Below are positions 26,905 through 40,536 of a stretch of 64,000 bases of DNA, piece after piece; position 1 is the first letter of the stretch, and each line of letters opens with the position of its first letter. The notes under the pieces are model-generated. The model searched no databases and was not told where the DNA came from. It saw only the letters and a program-made list of their open reading frames with translations. Source of the stretch: Felis catus (Eukaryota); the NCBI RefSeq assembly GCF_018350175.1, contig NC_058368.1, positions 198,340,001 through 198,404,000 of the forward strand, read 5' to 3'. Position numbers and translations under genes: made by a program.

Positions 26905-26941
26905 ACTGAATACACATTAAAAAAAATTGAAGAGAGAAAAA
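26715..26941 (+). mobile_element. CAN-SINE with short internal deletion
   Basis: TSD gaaagaaacttgga at 26701-26714 and 26942-26955. Confidence 0.92.
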
Positions 26942-27169
26942 GAAAGAAACTTGGATATCATCCAGTCTAACTTGATTATGGAGACTGAGACCCAGAAAGA
27001 TGATAATACTTTTCTAACCTAATGTAGCAAATCAGTGACTGAAATAGGATTAGATCCAGGCCTCTTTACTCCTAGCTGGGGCTTGCGGTGAAGACCCTGG
27101 CCTAGAAACCAACCTCCACTCCGGCCTCCTTCTATTGTGTGCTTTGCTCCCGCAGAGGCTGGAACACCT

Positions 27170-27740
27170 AAACATGCGATTCCCAAACCCACTTGCAGCG
27201 AGGGTTCTGGATGGGATTTAGGCTCAGGCAGTCCTAGTGCTGAGCTGAGACATGGAAATCAGAAGTGATGGGGGGAATGGGCTGCTGCAACTTGGCTTCC
27301 TCCTGTTGGCAAAGGCGGCAGCTGAGGAGTTTCGGTGCTCTGTGGCAGAGGCGACAGACGTCCTTGTCACCAACGCGGCGAGAGCCGAGAGGCCTGGCTC
27401 ACTCACAGGTGTTGGCTTGCAGCAGGCAGATGTGACACGGCTTTACGGCTTGTGGCAATGGCTTCCTGATCTCTAAAGAGCAAATAAGCTAACATATTCC
27501 TGGAGTGAGCAATGTCCGTGGTGATTGCCACGGTCAGGAAGGTGGGAAATGAAGTGGTTAGCAGCTCTCCCGGAAGACTGGTTCTCTGGGTGGTTCTTGG
27601 AGCTGTTCCTGGGTTCCAAGCCCGGGGCCATTATTTCAGTCCTTCCAATGATTTTGTAAATACCTAATTCCCTGTATTAAATCCAGTTTGCGTAAAATAG
27701 AGCAGTGCCTCTTAACTGCACCTAAATTCTATTTCAGAGC
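27170..27740 (+). mobile_element. ERVL LTR (LTR50/LTR41-like)
   Basis: cttgcagcgagggttctggatgggatttagg start and ccttccaatgattttgtaaatacctaattccctgtattaaatcc end. Confidence 0.55.
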
Positions 27741-27863
27741 ACGTTCATGCATAAGAAGGAGAAAAGCAGCCTCACGTATGCATACTGTCCTGATGCCTAT
27801 AGGTGGGTCTCACGGTTGTTAGGAAATAGGCTGGTACTTAACAGATAGGCCATCACGTCCTCC

Positions 27864-28321
27864 CGTTGAACGTGAACAATTTCTCAGAACATCGGCTTCA
27901 GACAAGATCACTCTGTTGACTCAGGCAGGTTCAGACATAAACAAGATCGCTCTGTATCATGTCTGAACACGAACAAAACTACGAGCGTTGTCCAAATCAC
28001 AAAAATGACAAAACACACCTCCCCCCGCCCCCGTCTTACTTATCTGAGTGATGACTGCTTCTTTACTAATGATAACCTTTGCCTTCCCTCTTTCTAGATC
28101 AGATTTACTAAGAAGCTCGTAGACTTGCCCCTCTTCCTGACAGCATCCAATGCAGACACAAGTCCTGCTTCCTTTACCCCTCCCCCCCGTCACCTAATGC
28201 AAGTCCAAATCCCTCAGGCTCTTTCTCACTCCCTCTTACTGGTGTGCAGTTTGCTTCCCTGTGACAAGTAATAAACCCAACAGATGCGTCCCTGCTTATC
28301 TGTAGCTGAAAGGCATTGGCA
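27864..28321 (+). mobile_element. ERV1-class solo LTR
   Basis: LTR-like organisation; aataaacccaac polyA signal and ...aaggcattggCA end. Confidence 0.55.
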
Positions 28322-29869
28322 TACATAATTTGCTTTGAAAGCCGCATGCCCTTCCAGTGGTGTGGACTATTTGATACTGGCTACTTTCGGTGAATAAATG
28401 AACTATTCAGTGTAGAATTGATATTAATATTCTCACCTGTGTTTCCTTCTGAAAGCCAAAAAAATGCCATAGTAGCAGGTTTGTGTCACCAAAAGCACAG
28501 CAATCATGGATATCCAATGATAAAAAGAAAATCATAAAAGAAACGATAACCAGTAAGCACAGAAGACAAGTGAAAATTAGGCAAAGCACTTAGGTAGTGA
28601 ATTGGATAATAAGACAATTCTGGAATACCCAGAACATGCCAGACACTTGTGATGGTCACTTACATATGTCATTGGCTCCATTACCACCATCCTACTGCCA
28701 AGTAGGAATTTTGATTCCCATTCTACGATGGGAAAAACTAAGGCTCCGGAGCCCATCGGCAAGTGGCGATGACGGTATCCAAACTCATCAGGTCCCTAAA
28801 GGTCACGTGTTTCCACCACAGAAATAGAGATAATATGGACATTTCTGAGTGGAGACAACACACCGTATTTTCCTCAGTATTAGGTCTTTGGTTTGGCATT
28901 CATCGTCAGAGTAAGGAAGCGGCCGTGCAACAAACCTTTAATGGGTACCTACTAGGAAGAAATGTTTCAGGGAAGTTATGCGTCGAAAATGTTCGTGGCA
29001 GACATGGCCATGGCAAAGATCCTCGCGGCGAAAGTACCTGGAAATATTGCCAGACCCAAAGCGTTTTTCTGAGCGCCCTCAACTCCTATTAGTGGCAGTG
29101 ACGCCACCCTGGCCCTGAGCCAGCCACTCGATGCACTTAGGTTTGTCCCACAGGCCGGCTGGAGGCAGGCGTTGCATCAGACACGTGGCAGGGCACACAA
29201 GGCACTGATTTAAGCTAAGCATCTCCGAACAGCACGGACTTCCTGTGACGCCAGCAGAGAGCAGATGGCCTGTGTCCAGGTGGCCTCATGGCGAGGAGGG
29301 GTGAACTGACCCGACACCAACCAGCATCACTGCCCAGGGCCCCCGCCCCAGCCTCCAAGTCACAGAACCACCACCCCCCACCCCCCCACCCCCCCCACAC
29401 CCCGTGCTGGGAACAGCCAAAAGGAAAATTAACCCAAACAGTCTGGGAGGCTTTTGTTTTATTGCGCGTATTAATGTGGTGGGTTCACAAATATATTTTT
29501 AAAGATACATCGCCTTTTTCTGAATTCGCTGCCTCATTGTTGTCCCAAATGACATTCAGTGGCAAATGACATTCAGAGTCCTAGCCTGAGCTCCACAGTG
29601 GCAGTTTCAAACAAAGGGCCCCTAAGGGTAGCGAAAGGATCAGTGCTCCTACACGAAGTGCACACACGTGCCGTGACCTCCCTTTCCCAAGTTAAAGCAT
29701 GAGAGACGAAGTGGGGAAGGGAAGGGAGGATGGAGGGCGTGAAATAGACCCTTGATGTGATGCAGGCTTCTTAGACCTGGAAACCTTACGGATAATGGGG
29801 GAAATGACACACTACATCCCTACAAGTCCATTAAAGATTTGTAAACGCAGAGTAAAACATACCTCGGAT

Positions 29870-30110
29870 CGGCTCGTGGAACCAAAAAAGGGCATTAGGG
29901 AAAAACTAAGGAAATCTGAATAAAGTATGGACTTTAGGTAAGAATAATGCATTAGCATTGGTTCATTAATTGTCACAAATGTAACTTACTCATGGAAAAT
30001 GTTAGTAACAGAGGAATTTGTGTTAGGAATACAGAAACTCTCTGTACTGTCTTCCCAATCATCTTTACATTTCAAACTCTTCCAAAATAAAAAGCTTATT
30101 AAAATATATA
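29870..30110 (+). mobile_element. L1MC-like 3' end
   Basis: aaatctgaataaagtatggacttt...ttggttcattaattgt...aactctctgtact...aaaataaaaagcttatt. Confidence 0.8.
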
Positions 30111-30157
30111 TATATAACATTACATATGTTTTATACAGTATATGCATTATAGCATTT

Positions 30158-30220
30158 TATGTGTTTGTGTGTGTATATATATATATATATATATGCCCAC
30201 TAGATTTGCTTGTATGTGTT

Positions 30221-30268
<48 letters not shown>

Positions 30269-30279
30269 CCCTAGATTTG
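30158..30279. repeat. Compound (TG)n(TA)n microsatellite in two duplicated units
   Basis: Two units tatgtgtttgtg(t)-(TA)n-...ctagatttg. Confidence 0.85.
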
Positions 30280-31586
30280 TTTCAAAATAATCTAGGGGAC
30301 ATGGGGGTTATTGGTGGGAATATAGAGGAAACAAGATTGGTTATGACTTAATAATTGTCAGAACTATGTCGGAGGTGGATACATGGATGGATATATTACC
30401 TCTTAGACTTTCTTAAATGTTTGCAATTCTCCAGTTCAAAAATATATACCATCGTTAAGTTGAGAACTAAGAAGAGAATATCTATTTATCTATCTATAAT
30501 TAAAATAGTGCTTGCAAGAGATTTATCTTTATCAGCAACCAGTAAAAAGATTTTGAGTCTAAGGCATACTTTGCAGCTGAAGAGTAGCAGGTTTTACTGG
30601 TGTTAAAAGTGTAGGCTTCCCATTGCATAGCACAAGCCGGTGGTATTGACATGTGTCAAAGCACGTGCTTCAGTGGCTCTCCTTCCAGCATTATGTTAGG
30701 CTAATCCACCACCCCCACCATCCCCTACGATCAATGGCAGACACTGGTCTCTCCCGATGGGTCAGAGCCTTTGGAAGCTTTGAAAGAACGTTTTTCTCTG
30801 AGTGATGTTAAAGCAGGCAGCTCAAGCTCTGGGTTCGAGCTGACTAAAGCCTTCTAAGTCATCTGTAACATGAAGTCTGATATGCTCCCCTGCACTTTGC
30901 CTACCACACCCCTCCCTCCTGCTGGCACAGGGCCAAAACAGATGGTGGCCATTAGTAAGAGAGCACCTAGCATTCTTCTTCTGAGAGCAACCCATGAAGC
31001 TCCTCTTCCTCCAGCATTCCTCTTAAGTGAATGGTACTCGCATCCATCCAGGTTCCCAAGTAAGAGGCCTGGGAGCCATTCATCCCTGACACCTCCAGCT
31101 CCTTAAACTTCTAGAGTCCAATCAGCCTCCGAGTTCTGCACAGTCTACCATCTTCCTTTCTCTCGAGGCTGTTCTCTATCCCTGCTGCCCACTGAAAGTT
31201 CAAACCCTTGTTCTCCACCATCTGGATGATTTCAATGTTCTCCCACATAGCCCACCCCGTTTGCAACCCCCGCCATCCACTTCAGAGCTGTCACAAAGAG
31301 AAGGAATGTGATTACCTCGCTCATTTCCTGGGAACCCTGTCAATATTGCCCCACAGGCTTCAGAATGAAAAGTTTGCTTATGAGTTGGGAACACAAGGTC
31401 GTCTATAGTCAGGCCTCTGCCTACCTCTCTTTCTTTCTAGGCCACATTCCTCCCAAGTTGAACTGTTGGTAGTTTCTGGAATGTGCCAGGTGGTGGTGGT
31501 CCCTTCCCCCCAGCATGTCTCTCAGCGAACACCTTCATGTTTTTCAAGACTGAGTTTAAACATCACCCTTTAAAGAAAACTGTCCT

Positions 31587-31701
31587 GGGTGCCTGGGAGG
31601 CTCAGTTGTTAAGCATCTGACTTTGGCTCAGGTCATGATCTTACAGTTCTCGTGAATTCAAGTCTCACATTGGGTAAGCTCAAGCCCTGCTTTGGGTGAG
31701 C

Positions 31702-31751
<50 letters not shown>

Positions 31752-31794
31752 ACTCCTGGGATTCTCTCTTTCTCTCTGCCCCTTGCTCATTTGT
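31587..31794 (+). mobile_element. Variant CAN-SINE without tail, inserted in L2
   Basis: SINE head, repeated (a/g)agccc segment and long (CT)n; no polyA or TSD seen. Confidence 0.8.
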
Positions 31795-33265
31795 CTACCT
31801 CTTTTGTATCTCCAGCGTACCCCGTACATGTCGGCAGCCACTTATCAAACTTGTAGTTTGCTGACGGGAGATGAGACAGAGATTTGAACCCATAACCCTC
31901 TCAGGGCAATGTCATCTTTTTTCTGCCTTGTAACGGTCGCACCTAGCACAGAACCTGGCACATATCGGGCACTTAATAAATTATTGAGTAGATGAAGTCG
32001 CAAAGCATAGACTAGTTCCCGGCACTGTATTGTTATATATTACGAGTATATCTATTTAAGGCATGGTTTGCAAACAAGCCATGTGTTGGAACATCAGAAT
32101 TTCACATCTGACAGAGCACGATCTGGTTCGGTGGAGCCACATTGGTAAATCTCCTGCCCATGACTAATGATCTTAAGATGCTCATTAAAGGCATCCTCAG
32201 GAAGAGGCAGAGGCCACTGCTTGGAACCACCAGTCCCCTGTTCATAGCAGCATAGCTGGGAGGGCTCACAACAGGAGGCCTGTTGAAAACAAGTTGTGGT
32301 TTCATCCTGTGTTTGGATTTCTGTGCAGGGAAGGGCACTTCCTCTTGTATTTGTGAGAGCCAAATAACACATTCTGATGGAGAGGATTGTGGCTGTAAAG
32401 CTCGTGTTGGATCCATGAAGAGGTGTCAGCGTCCTAGAGCTGGCTGAACACATAGCTTGGAGCATGAACTTATGTGGCAGGCCACCAGGGATTGGGGTTT
32501 GCTTTGGCTGCCTCGTTTTTTGCTGGGCTTGCAATATGAGGGAGCCTTTGTTGATTTGTGTAGAGTCTATTATGCTTGGCAATACCCTCTGGTTAGCACT
32601 GTTTGGATACTTGCTAACTTGTGAATTCTTCAGAAGAGAGAATATAAAAAGATTCCAAGCCTCTCTTGACTTCCTCTCATTGCAGTTAACTTAGGGCAGT
32701 GGGAAACAGTGAGCCGTGGACCCGGGCACTGTCTAGAGAAGTAGACAGAACACGAGTTTGAGGCAAGCTGAGTTTTTGTGTGTTTCACTTCCATGATGGT
32801 TTTCACCAACAGGGCTATTTTGGTCTATTTTAAGGAAGAAGAAAATCAGACCCTAGAAGACCATGTCAGAAAAGCAGCTGGAGGGTGAGAGTTGGGGGTG
32901 GGGGGATGGAGATTAAAGCCATAGCTCTTGAGGAGAGAAATTAAAACTTGGGTTTTGTTAGAAACAATGTTCCTATTCCCAATACTTTCAAACCCATACA
33001 AATTAGAAGGAAACAAAATCTTTCTGGGGTTTTTGCACGCACAGGGCATTTATCCTCTACCCATTTCTTAATTTGGCATTTTCTTTCTTCAAGTACCAAA
33101 GCCGGTAAATGTTCTTTAAATGGAAAAGAAGAAATTATTAATGAATGCCAGAAAACAGTTTCCCAGCCAGCCAGCCAAACCACAAATATCCAAAAATGTG
33201 ATTTCATTTTTAATAATATAATGAACTGAAGAATATCAAATAGAATAGAAAGAGAAAAACGTATT

Positions 33266-33314
33266 TTTTTTTTTTTGGTTTATTTTTGCAGAGAGAGAGA
33301 GAGAGAGGGAGGGG

Positions 33315-33370
<56 letters not shown>

Positions 33371-33538
33371 GCATGAGGGGTGGGAGGGGCAGAGAGAGGG
33401 AGACACAGAATCTGAAGCAGGCTCCAGGCTCTGAGCTGTCAGCACAGAGCCCGACGCGGGGCTCAAACTCACGGACAGCGAGATCATGGCCTGAGTCGAA
33501 GTCGGATGTTCAACCGACTGAGCCACCCAGGCGCCCCC
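33266..33538 (-). mobile_element. CAN-SINE with expanded (GA)n
   Basis: TSD agaaaaacg(t/c)att at 33253-33265 and 33539-33551. Confidence 0.95.
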
Positions 33539-34375
33539 AGAAAAACGCATTCTAAACATCTATCAAAATGATTTCCAACGTCAGATTAGAGAGGACAGAT
33601 GAAGAGAAACAGCTAATCAATGATGGAATTCAAAACGCGGTGTTAACAAAATTGAGACGATATTAGTGATAATGAACTCTAGCCCCTCCGGGAGGCTTAG
33701 TCGGTCACCTACTCTGAGTCCCTTGAAATTCTCTCGCCATTGAGTACCTGCATTTTCCTCATTCTAAGGTGAGCCAAGGAACACACATTATAAACTAAGA
33801 GACTAACGATGGCATAGGGTGAAGACATTAGTGCTAGAACCTGTCTTTTCTAAGTACCGACTCTTCCTTCGGGGAGGCCCTTAGGCTGACTTAAGCTCAA
33901 AATGATCATCTTCTGCACCCCTGAAGCTGGAGAAAGATGCAAAATAATTTGAAACGACACAGGTGACATCTCCTCAAGAAGTTTTCTCTAACTTGCTCCA
34001 TAGCCCAGGAGGGAAGGCTAAGATTCCTCATCTGTTTTCCCCCAAACACTTGGGGGTATCTCTTGCTGCTTGTAAACCGGTTATTGTAATACAGTGCCTT
34101 TATGGTCCCCCTCGTTAGACCATGAACTTGAAAGCCTGGTATTTTTACACCTCTGGTACCAAGTTAGTGGCTGAAATATGGATTAAGTAATTTACATGAA
34201 AGCTTTCTTTCTTTGTATCTGAAGAACTCAGATCCCTTTAGTGGTTCTACCCTCTGGCTGTATAATTTCTATCATTTTTTTAGCATCAACATATAGGATG
34301 AATTATTCTTTAGGACATTTCAATTAACAATTTTATAAACACAGAAACAGGTACCGATACTCGTTACACCTAGAC

Positions 34376-34540
34376 CAGTGCCTCCCCAACTTTTTTGTAC
34401 AGGAAAAGCGTGTGGGGGATCTTGTTAAAATGGAGATTCTGATTCAGTCGACCTGGAGAGGGCCCTGGAGTCTTCGTTTCTAACAAGCTCCAAGGTGATG
34501 CCAACCGTCTTGATCTTCCAAGGAACAGTGACTTGAGCCA
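34376..34540. mobile_element. MER5A-like hAT-Charlie element
   Basis: cttgttaaaatggagattctgattcag...tttctaacaagctccaaggtgatgc. Confidence 0.75.
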
Positions 34541-34824
34541 GGTGGAGTTCAACGTCCTCTCCTGACAGTAAAGTTCAGAGGTGAGCAGTTTAGGGCTGCT
34601 TTGAAAGTTCTGCCACCTCATCGGGGGCCCAGGTTTCTTCCATCTTTCTGCTCTACTTTCCTAGGTATGTTTTACAACCTCAAGGTCTCCTTCTTGTCCC
34701 AAGATGGCAGCTGCCAATACTACAGTCAGGAGAGAAGAGGAAGCACCAAGGACAAATGGGTACAAGGCTGGGCCGGCCCCTTCTAAGAACGCTTTCAGGA
34801 AGAGCCCCACTTAATAACTTTCAC

Positions 34825-35744
34825 TGTGTGGGAAAAATTCACTTCTCCTCCCTGTGTTTCTTTTTTTTTCTTACACAACTACCACAACACTTCTGACACA
34901 GGCTGTGTTAGGTTGTTTTCGGTTTTTGCGTTTGTTGTTGTGTTTTGTTTGTTCCCCCCACACCAAGCAATTCTGTGAGACACCAGCTGGGTGTCCTACA
35001 GTTCAACTCAATTCTGACATTATACCTGGAGACAGCATCAGATCACACAGGCTGAGGGCTGAGTCCCGCAAGACTACCCCTCCCCCCAACTTCAGACACC
35101 AATCTCGAGTCTAGGTTGTCACCTGTGCTTCTGGCTGACTAGCTATAAACCAGGGTTTCTGACAGCCCCTTCCTTGGGTTTGAATAATTTGCTAGAGTGG
35201 CTCACAGAACTCAGAAAAAAAACAGTTTACTTATTAGATAACTGGTTTACTACAAAGGATATCACTCAGAAACAGTCAGATAGAAGACACGCACAGGCCA
35301 AGATATGGGGAATGGGGCTTGGAGCTTCCATACCTCTCTGAGCTTGCCACTCTGCTAGAAACTCCACGTGCTCACCAACCAGGAATTCTCCAAACTTCAT
35401 CCTTTCAGGTTTTTATAGCGGCCTCGTTACATAGGCACGATTGATTAAATCATTGCCCGTTGTTGATCAATTCAACCTCCCTGCCCCTCTTCCTTCCCTA
35501 GAGGCCAAGTGGTGGGACTGAAAGTTCCAACCCTCCAATCACATGCTTGAGTCTCTGGAAACCAGCCTCCATCCTTAGGTGTGGTCCCAAAGTCACCTGC
35601 TAGCATAAACTCAGGTGTGGTCAAAAGGGGTTAGTTATGAATATCAAGACAGTTTAATCACTCTCATCACTTAGGAAATGTCAAGGGAGCCAGAAATGAG
35701 GATGAAAACCAAACACATATTTCCTATTATAAATCACAATATCA
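34825..35744. mobile_element. Solo LTR (MER21-like) nested in an older MLT1
   Basis: TG...CA termini; 5-bp TSD ttcac at 34820-34824 and 35745-35749; MER21-type motifs gacaccagctgggtgtcctaca and tataaatcacaatatca. Confidence 0.88.
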
Positions 35745-37570
35745 TTCACTTCTACCTCATTGGGCAAAACTTAATCACCTATCTAAAGGAAGGCTTGAAA
35801 ATGGAGTTTTCCAGTTGGGTACATTGCTGATAACATTGAATCGGGGTTCTCTCAGTCAGGAAGAAGGGGACAATGGATGCCAGGTAGACCCCAGCGGTCT
35901 CCACTATGAGACAAACAAGATTATCTTGGATCCCCTGTTAGTTACCCATGGCCTTAACCTCCGGACTGTGTCCAGTTCCTGAAGTGACCATGCTGTTACC
36001 CTGTTCAAGCACACATAAAAAGTCAACTATCTTTGTTGTTTCTTGAGACTTACAATTTCCCTGACCTTCCTTCTTGACTGAAACCATCATCACATGTGGC
36101 TCCAAAACTTGAGGGGAACCAGCTCATCACACTCTTGCTACTTCCTCTTTGGATTAACATTGCTCATTAATGCTCAGTTTGATTCAGGCTTTATTTGCAT
36201 CCGTGGGTTCTCAGATGTCAGGGAAACACTGTTACTGTGACATTAGCCCAGATCCTGCTTAAAGGATGCCGGCAGGTCCTCCAGCTTATTGTCCTTGAGG
36301 ATATGGCTTATAAATAAGAGAGAGAGTCCAAAGGGGATGTGCTGTTTTCCCTGCTTGGTACCAATTCTGTTTATCTCTTGAGTGCCGATGGAGTCACCCA
36401 AGGTGAAGAAACAACTGCAGCCCATTGATTTCTGCCCGAGCAATCACATTCTTTTCCTGGCTCTTTGCCCAAAACTTCCAGGGAGCGGGCAGAGACCAAG
36501 AAGCAATATACATTCCTGAAAGGGAGGCTTCTTGAGTAATTAAAGTGATGACACCTGTCAGTGGCTCATAAGGCAATAATAGAGGACACAGTTGGGGTGC
36601 CTGCCCTGTGCCCCGAGTCACAATGTGAAAAAGACAGTGAAAAGCTCAAATCAGAAACAGGCTAGAGAAAGGCCGCCACTTGTTTTCCTTCCCTTCCCCT
36701 ACTGTCTCAAGGAATTTACCTCTCCAAAATTAGAATTTGAAATAATAAAAACATTTCAGGATGGTAAATAACTATAGTGTGTGCACCTACTACACCTGGG
36801 ACTTCATTTGTCAAAAACAATTGATATAAATGGACCAAAAATATATTTTTAATCATAAATATAATATGCTCTATCTGTTCAACCATCAGATTTTTGATAT
36901 GTAATGAGACATTATTATATATAGTAATATATCAGAATACAATAGTAATTCTGAGCCACAGTAGATAGTATGCAATCCACACCTGTGGAAGGACCCACCT
37001 GCATGGCCCTGGCCTGATGTTGATGAGGAGCAAGGTGGTGTTGAACTCCGGGGACAAATCCCACAACAAGAGGCAGAGCAGTGGGTGCACATTGTACTCA
37101 TGGAACTGCTTTTTATTCCTGCCTGATTTTTTTTTTTATCAGCCTGATTTTAATGGACAGATTTCCACCCCACACCATCTTGGAGGACTATGGGAGAACT
37201 CTCTTTTGGGTTGCCACCACAAGTTCCTTTCTGTCATTATGACAGTCAAGGAGAAGCTGGGAGACTCTATGAGTCCTTTTTCAAGTTCATCCAGACATCA
37301 CTTTGCCGAGAGGCTTTTTGTTTTGTCTTCCCTTATCAGGGATGTTCAGGGAAATACTGGACCTCCTACAGGGCCAGTCCCAAGACAGGAGACCCTATAT
37401 CTGCTGACAGTGGTGATCCTTCTTCTACCAAGGCCAAAGAGGTATTTGAGGTTAAGCTTCTCTGACTTTTGCTCATCCTGACAGGGGACAACATACTGGA
37501 TGCCATCTTAAACTTAGGTGCTAAAAATTATGAGGCCCATAATCACCCTAGTCCCAGTCCCATTCATTTT

Positions 37571-37582
37571 TTTTTCTTTATT

Positions 37583-37626
<44 letters not shown>

Positions 37627-37771
37627 ATGAGTGGGGGAGGGGCAGAGAGAGAGAGAAGGGAGGCAAAATCCCAAGCAGACTCCACAACACTGTAGAGCCC
37701 AACACGGGGCTCGAACTCACATACCGTGAGATCATGGCCTGACCCGAAGTTGGACGTTCAACCAACTGAGC
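37571..37771 (-). mobile_element. CAN-SINE, 5'-truncated
   Basis: Lacks the first ~15 nt of the head; TSD cagt(c/t)ccattca(t/c)ttt. Confidence 0.9.
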
Positions 37772-38347
37772 ATGTCAGTTCCATTCACTTTTGAGAGCAT
37801 ATTTCCAATTGGATCCCCTACAGGACTCTGCCAAAGGAGCAACATCTCCATTAGCCACAGGAAGTGATGACTCCCTCAACCCACCCTCACTGATTGCCCA
37901 ACTCAGTTTTGCCCTCATATAACCTCTTTAGTCAGCCCCAGCACTCAACTCCAAGAGGCCCCTCCAGAAAGCCTGCAGACCACTTCTCCTCTGGGAGTTG
38001 ACTAAGCAGAGCTTAATCAGATCCAAATGAACTTCATTTCTTGGAGAGAATGTTTGTCCCTACAGTTTCCAGGATAGACCTGGGACCATAGGGCCCAAGT
38101 TTAAATCTACTACTTTGGGTAGTAAAAATACTGCTGATCCTTATTATTCTCATCTTCAAAATAGTCTTTGCTTCCTAGGATTGTTTAAAGGTTAAAAGAG
38201 CTAGAATGTGCTATGTATTTAGAGCATACCTGACACATAATAAGCCATTAATAAATATTAGCTATTGTTATTTTGGTAAGTGCTAGAATTGACATTGGCT
38301 TTGCCAAACTCATTCAGTAATCTGCTCATTTAAAATGTATTGACTGA

Positions 38348-38553
38348 GGGGCACCTGGGTGGTTCAGTCGGGTAAGCTTCCAACTTCAACTCAGGACATG
38401 ATCTCTCATGGTTCGTGAGTTCAAGCCCCATGTGGGTTCTGCACTGGCAGAGGGGAGCCTGCTTGGGATTCTGTCTCCCACTCTCTCTGCCCCTCCCCAC
38501 TCGCACTGTCTCTGTCTCTCTCAAAATGAATGAAAACTTAAAAATAAATAAAT
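38348..38553 (+). mobile_element. CAN-SINE
   Basis: Head, CT tract and A-rich tail. Confidence 0.9.
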
Positions 38554-39312
38554 AAGTTGATTCTAACATATTAGTTTTTCAGAAGGTATTTTAAGATGAT
38601 AGCACCTAAAACCCTGGAATTTTAAAATGTTCATCATCTCATATTCTTAGTTTTAAACTTCCAGTTTCCTGCTTAAGAAAGTTTCCAGTTGTCAACCCAC
38701 CATGACCTCTGAGGGCAAATTTCCACTGTCAGCCTCAGGGTAGAAATTCACGGCAGGTTTTTAAAATTTTCATCTCTAATTAGGTTTTCACAACATAAAC
38801 GTGAGTTTTCTCCACATTTATATTTCTCTCTATTGCAATAAATACTATCTACAGTGAGACACATAAAATAAATAAAAGGTAAAAAGATATTTAAAGAAAG
38901 ACATTATGCCTGCACAGAATTACTGCTCGGCTAGCCGGTCCCCACTTGAGGCCTCCAAGGAACCCTCACGGTTACAAAGTCAGGCCCTTAGAGGGATGTG
39001 GCCAGGGGTTCAAATCCTAGCTTCCACGTCTCTCCTGGGTGTCCTTAGGCCAGTTGTTGACTCTCTCTATGCTTCTGTTTTCCTTCTCTATAAAGGTGAG
39101 GAAAAAAACAACAACAACAACAACAAACACCTACGCTGTAAGATTGTTATGGGGCTAAATGAAGTGATACATACAATCAGTGAGTACATAATAAGTATTA
39201 GCTGTCGGTGTCAGTCACTGATCAATAACTTTTTTGCATGAGCCAGTCTTTTAGACACAGATACTCCGCTAAAAGGAAAATTCTTCACCAAACTTTCCAA
39301 ATGTCATATAGT

Positions 39313-39521
39313 GGGGTGCCAGGGTGGTTTGGACAGTTAGGCGCGGGACTCTTAATCTCAGCTCAGGTCAGGAACTCATGGTTCGTGAGTTTGAGCTACG
39401 CGTTGGGTTCTAGCTAACAGCGGGGAGTCTGCTTAGGATTCTCTCTCCCTCTCTCTCTCTGCCCCTCCCCTGCTCTCTCTCTCTCTCTCTCAAATAAACT
39501 TTAAAGAAAAAGAAAAAGATA
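39313..39521 (+). mobile_element. CAN-SINE, diverged
   Basis: TSD aaat(g/t)tcatata. Confidence 0.88.
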
Positions 39522-39698
39522 AAATTTCATATACTACTATTCAGTTGTCCCATGTCTCATTAAATATGAGGCAAAATTACACCCATTTGTAGAGGTAAAA
39601 ATTGAGGATTCAAGAGTAGTTCTCTAAGTTTATAAAACTCAGGGGTCACAAAAATAACACAAACTCAGATCATGTGACTCCATTTCCAAGACTCTTTT

Positions 39699-39921
39699 TA
39701 GTTGTTTTTTTTTTTTTATGTTTTATTTATTTTTGAGAGTAAAAGAGACAGAGTACAAGCAGGGCAGGGACAGAGAGAGAGGGAGACACAGAATCCAAAA
39801 CAGGCTCCAGGCTCTGAGCTGTCAGCACAGAGCCTGACGCGGGGCTTGAACTCACAGACCACGAGATCATGACCTGAACTGAAGCTGGACGCTTAACTGA
39901 CTGAGCCACCCAGGAGCCCCC
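39699..39921 (-). mobile_element. CAN-SINE
   Basis: Antisense SINE with polyT. Confidence 0.92.
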
Positions 39922-40536
39922 CCCCCACCCCTTTTTTTTAATCTTCCTGTTACCAGTGGGCCAAGGCGTAAAACAAATGACCAAGTTATTGCAAAAACCA
40001 TAAACTCTTCAGAAAGCACCATTGCCTCTACCTGCAAATGCACCCTAACAGGATATTTTTAAGCCATTCAAGTCAACATATTATCTCTCCAGCAGCCATT
40101 CTTCAAGAAAGCTGGAATACCAGTAGGTACTGAATTCCAAAAATTATAAAGGGAGCCCCTGTCTTGCTGACAAATGAGCAATCACATTAGGTATGAGAAT
40201 AATAAAGCCATTTTTACACACAGGTTTTGAAATAGGGGAAAATATGCTGTGCCTCTCCAATCTAACAGTCCGAAAACTGTGAAGTCTTGCAGAAACTGGA
40301 GAACAGTCCAGATTTCCAGACAGGTGTGGGTGAAAGCAGCAGACCAGTCAGAACGGGTCTCCCTGGCCTCTGGCTTGGGCTGGCTCTGCTAGGGAGCTGT
40401 AGAAGCAAAGATATGAAAAAGGTTGTGTAGAATATGGAGACTGTCCCGAAAGCCAGGCCCCACACTAGGCATTTTACATGGTACCCGCACAGAATTCTGT
40501 ATATTAGTGGCCCATAGTCACGGGAGGGTGCTTCCA

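Noticed and set aside
32094..32694. Overlapping 162-, 104- and 76-aa ORFs in repeat-free DNA
   Set aside because: No recognisable homology or convincing splice or start context; more likely non-coding unique sequence.
37017..37481. 154-aa and 91-aa ORFs, possible pseudogene
   Set aside because: No frame I translated resembled a known protein; only a blastx or Dfam search could rescue it.
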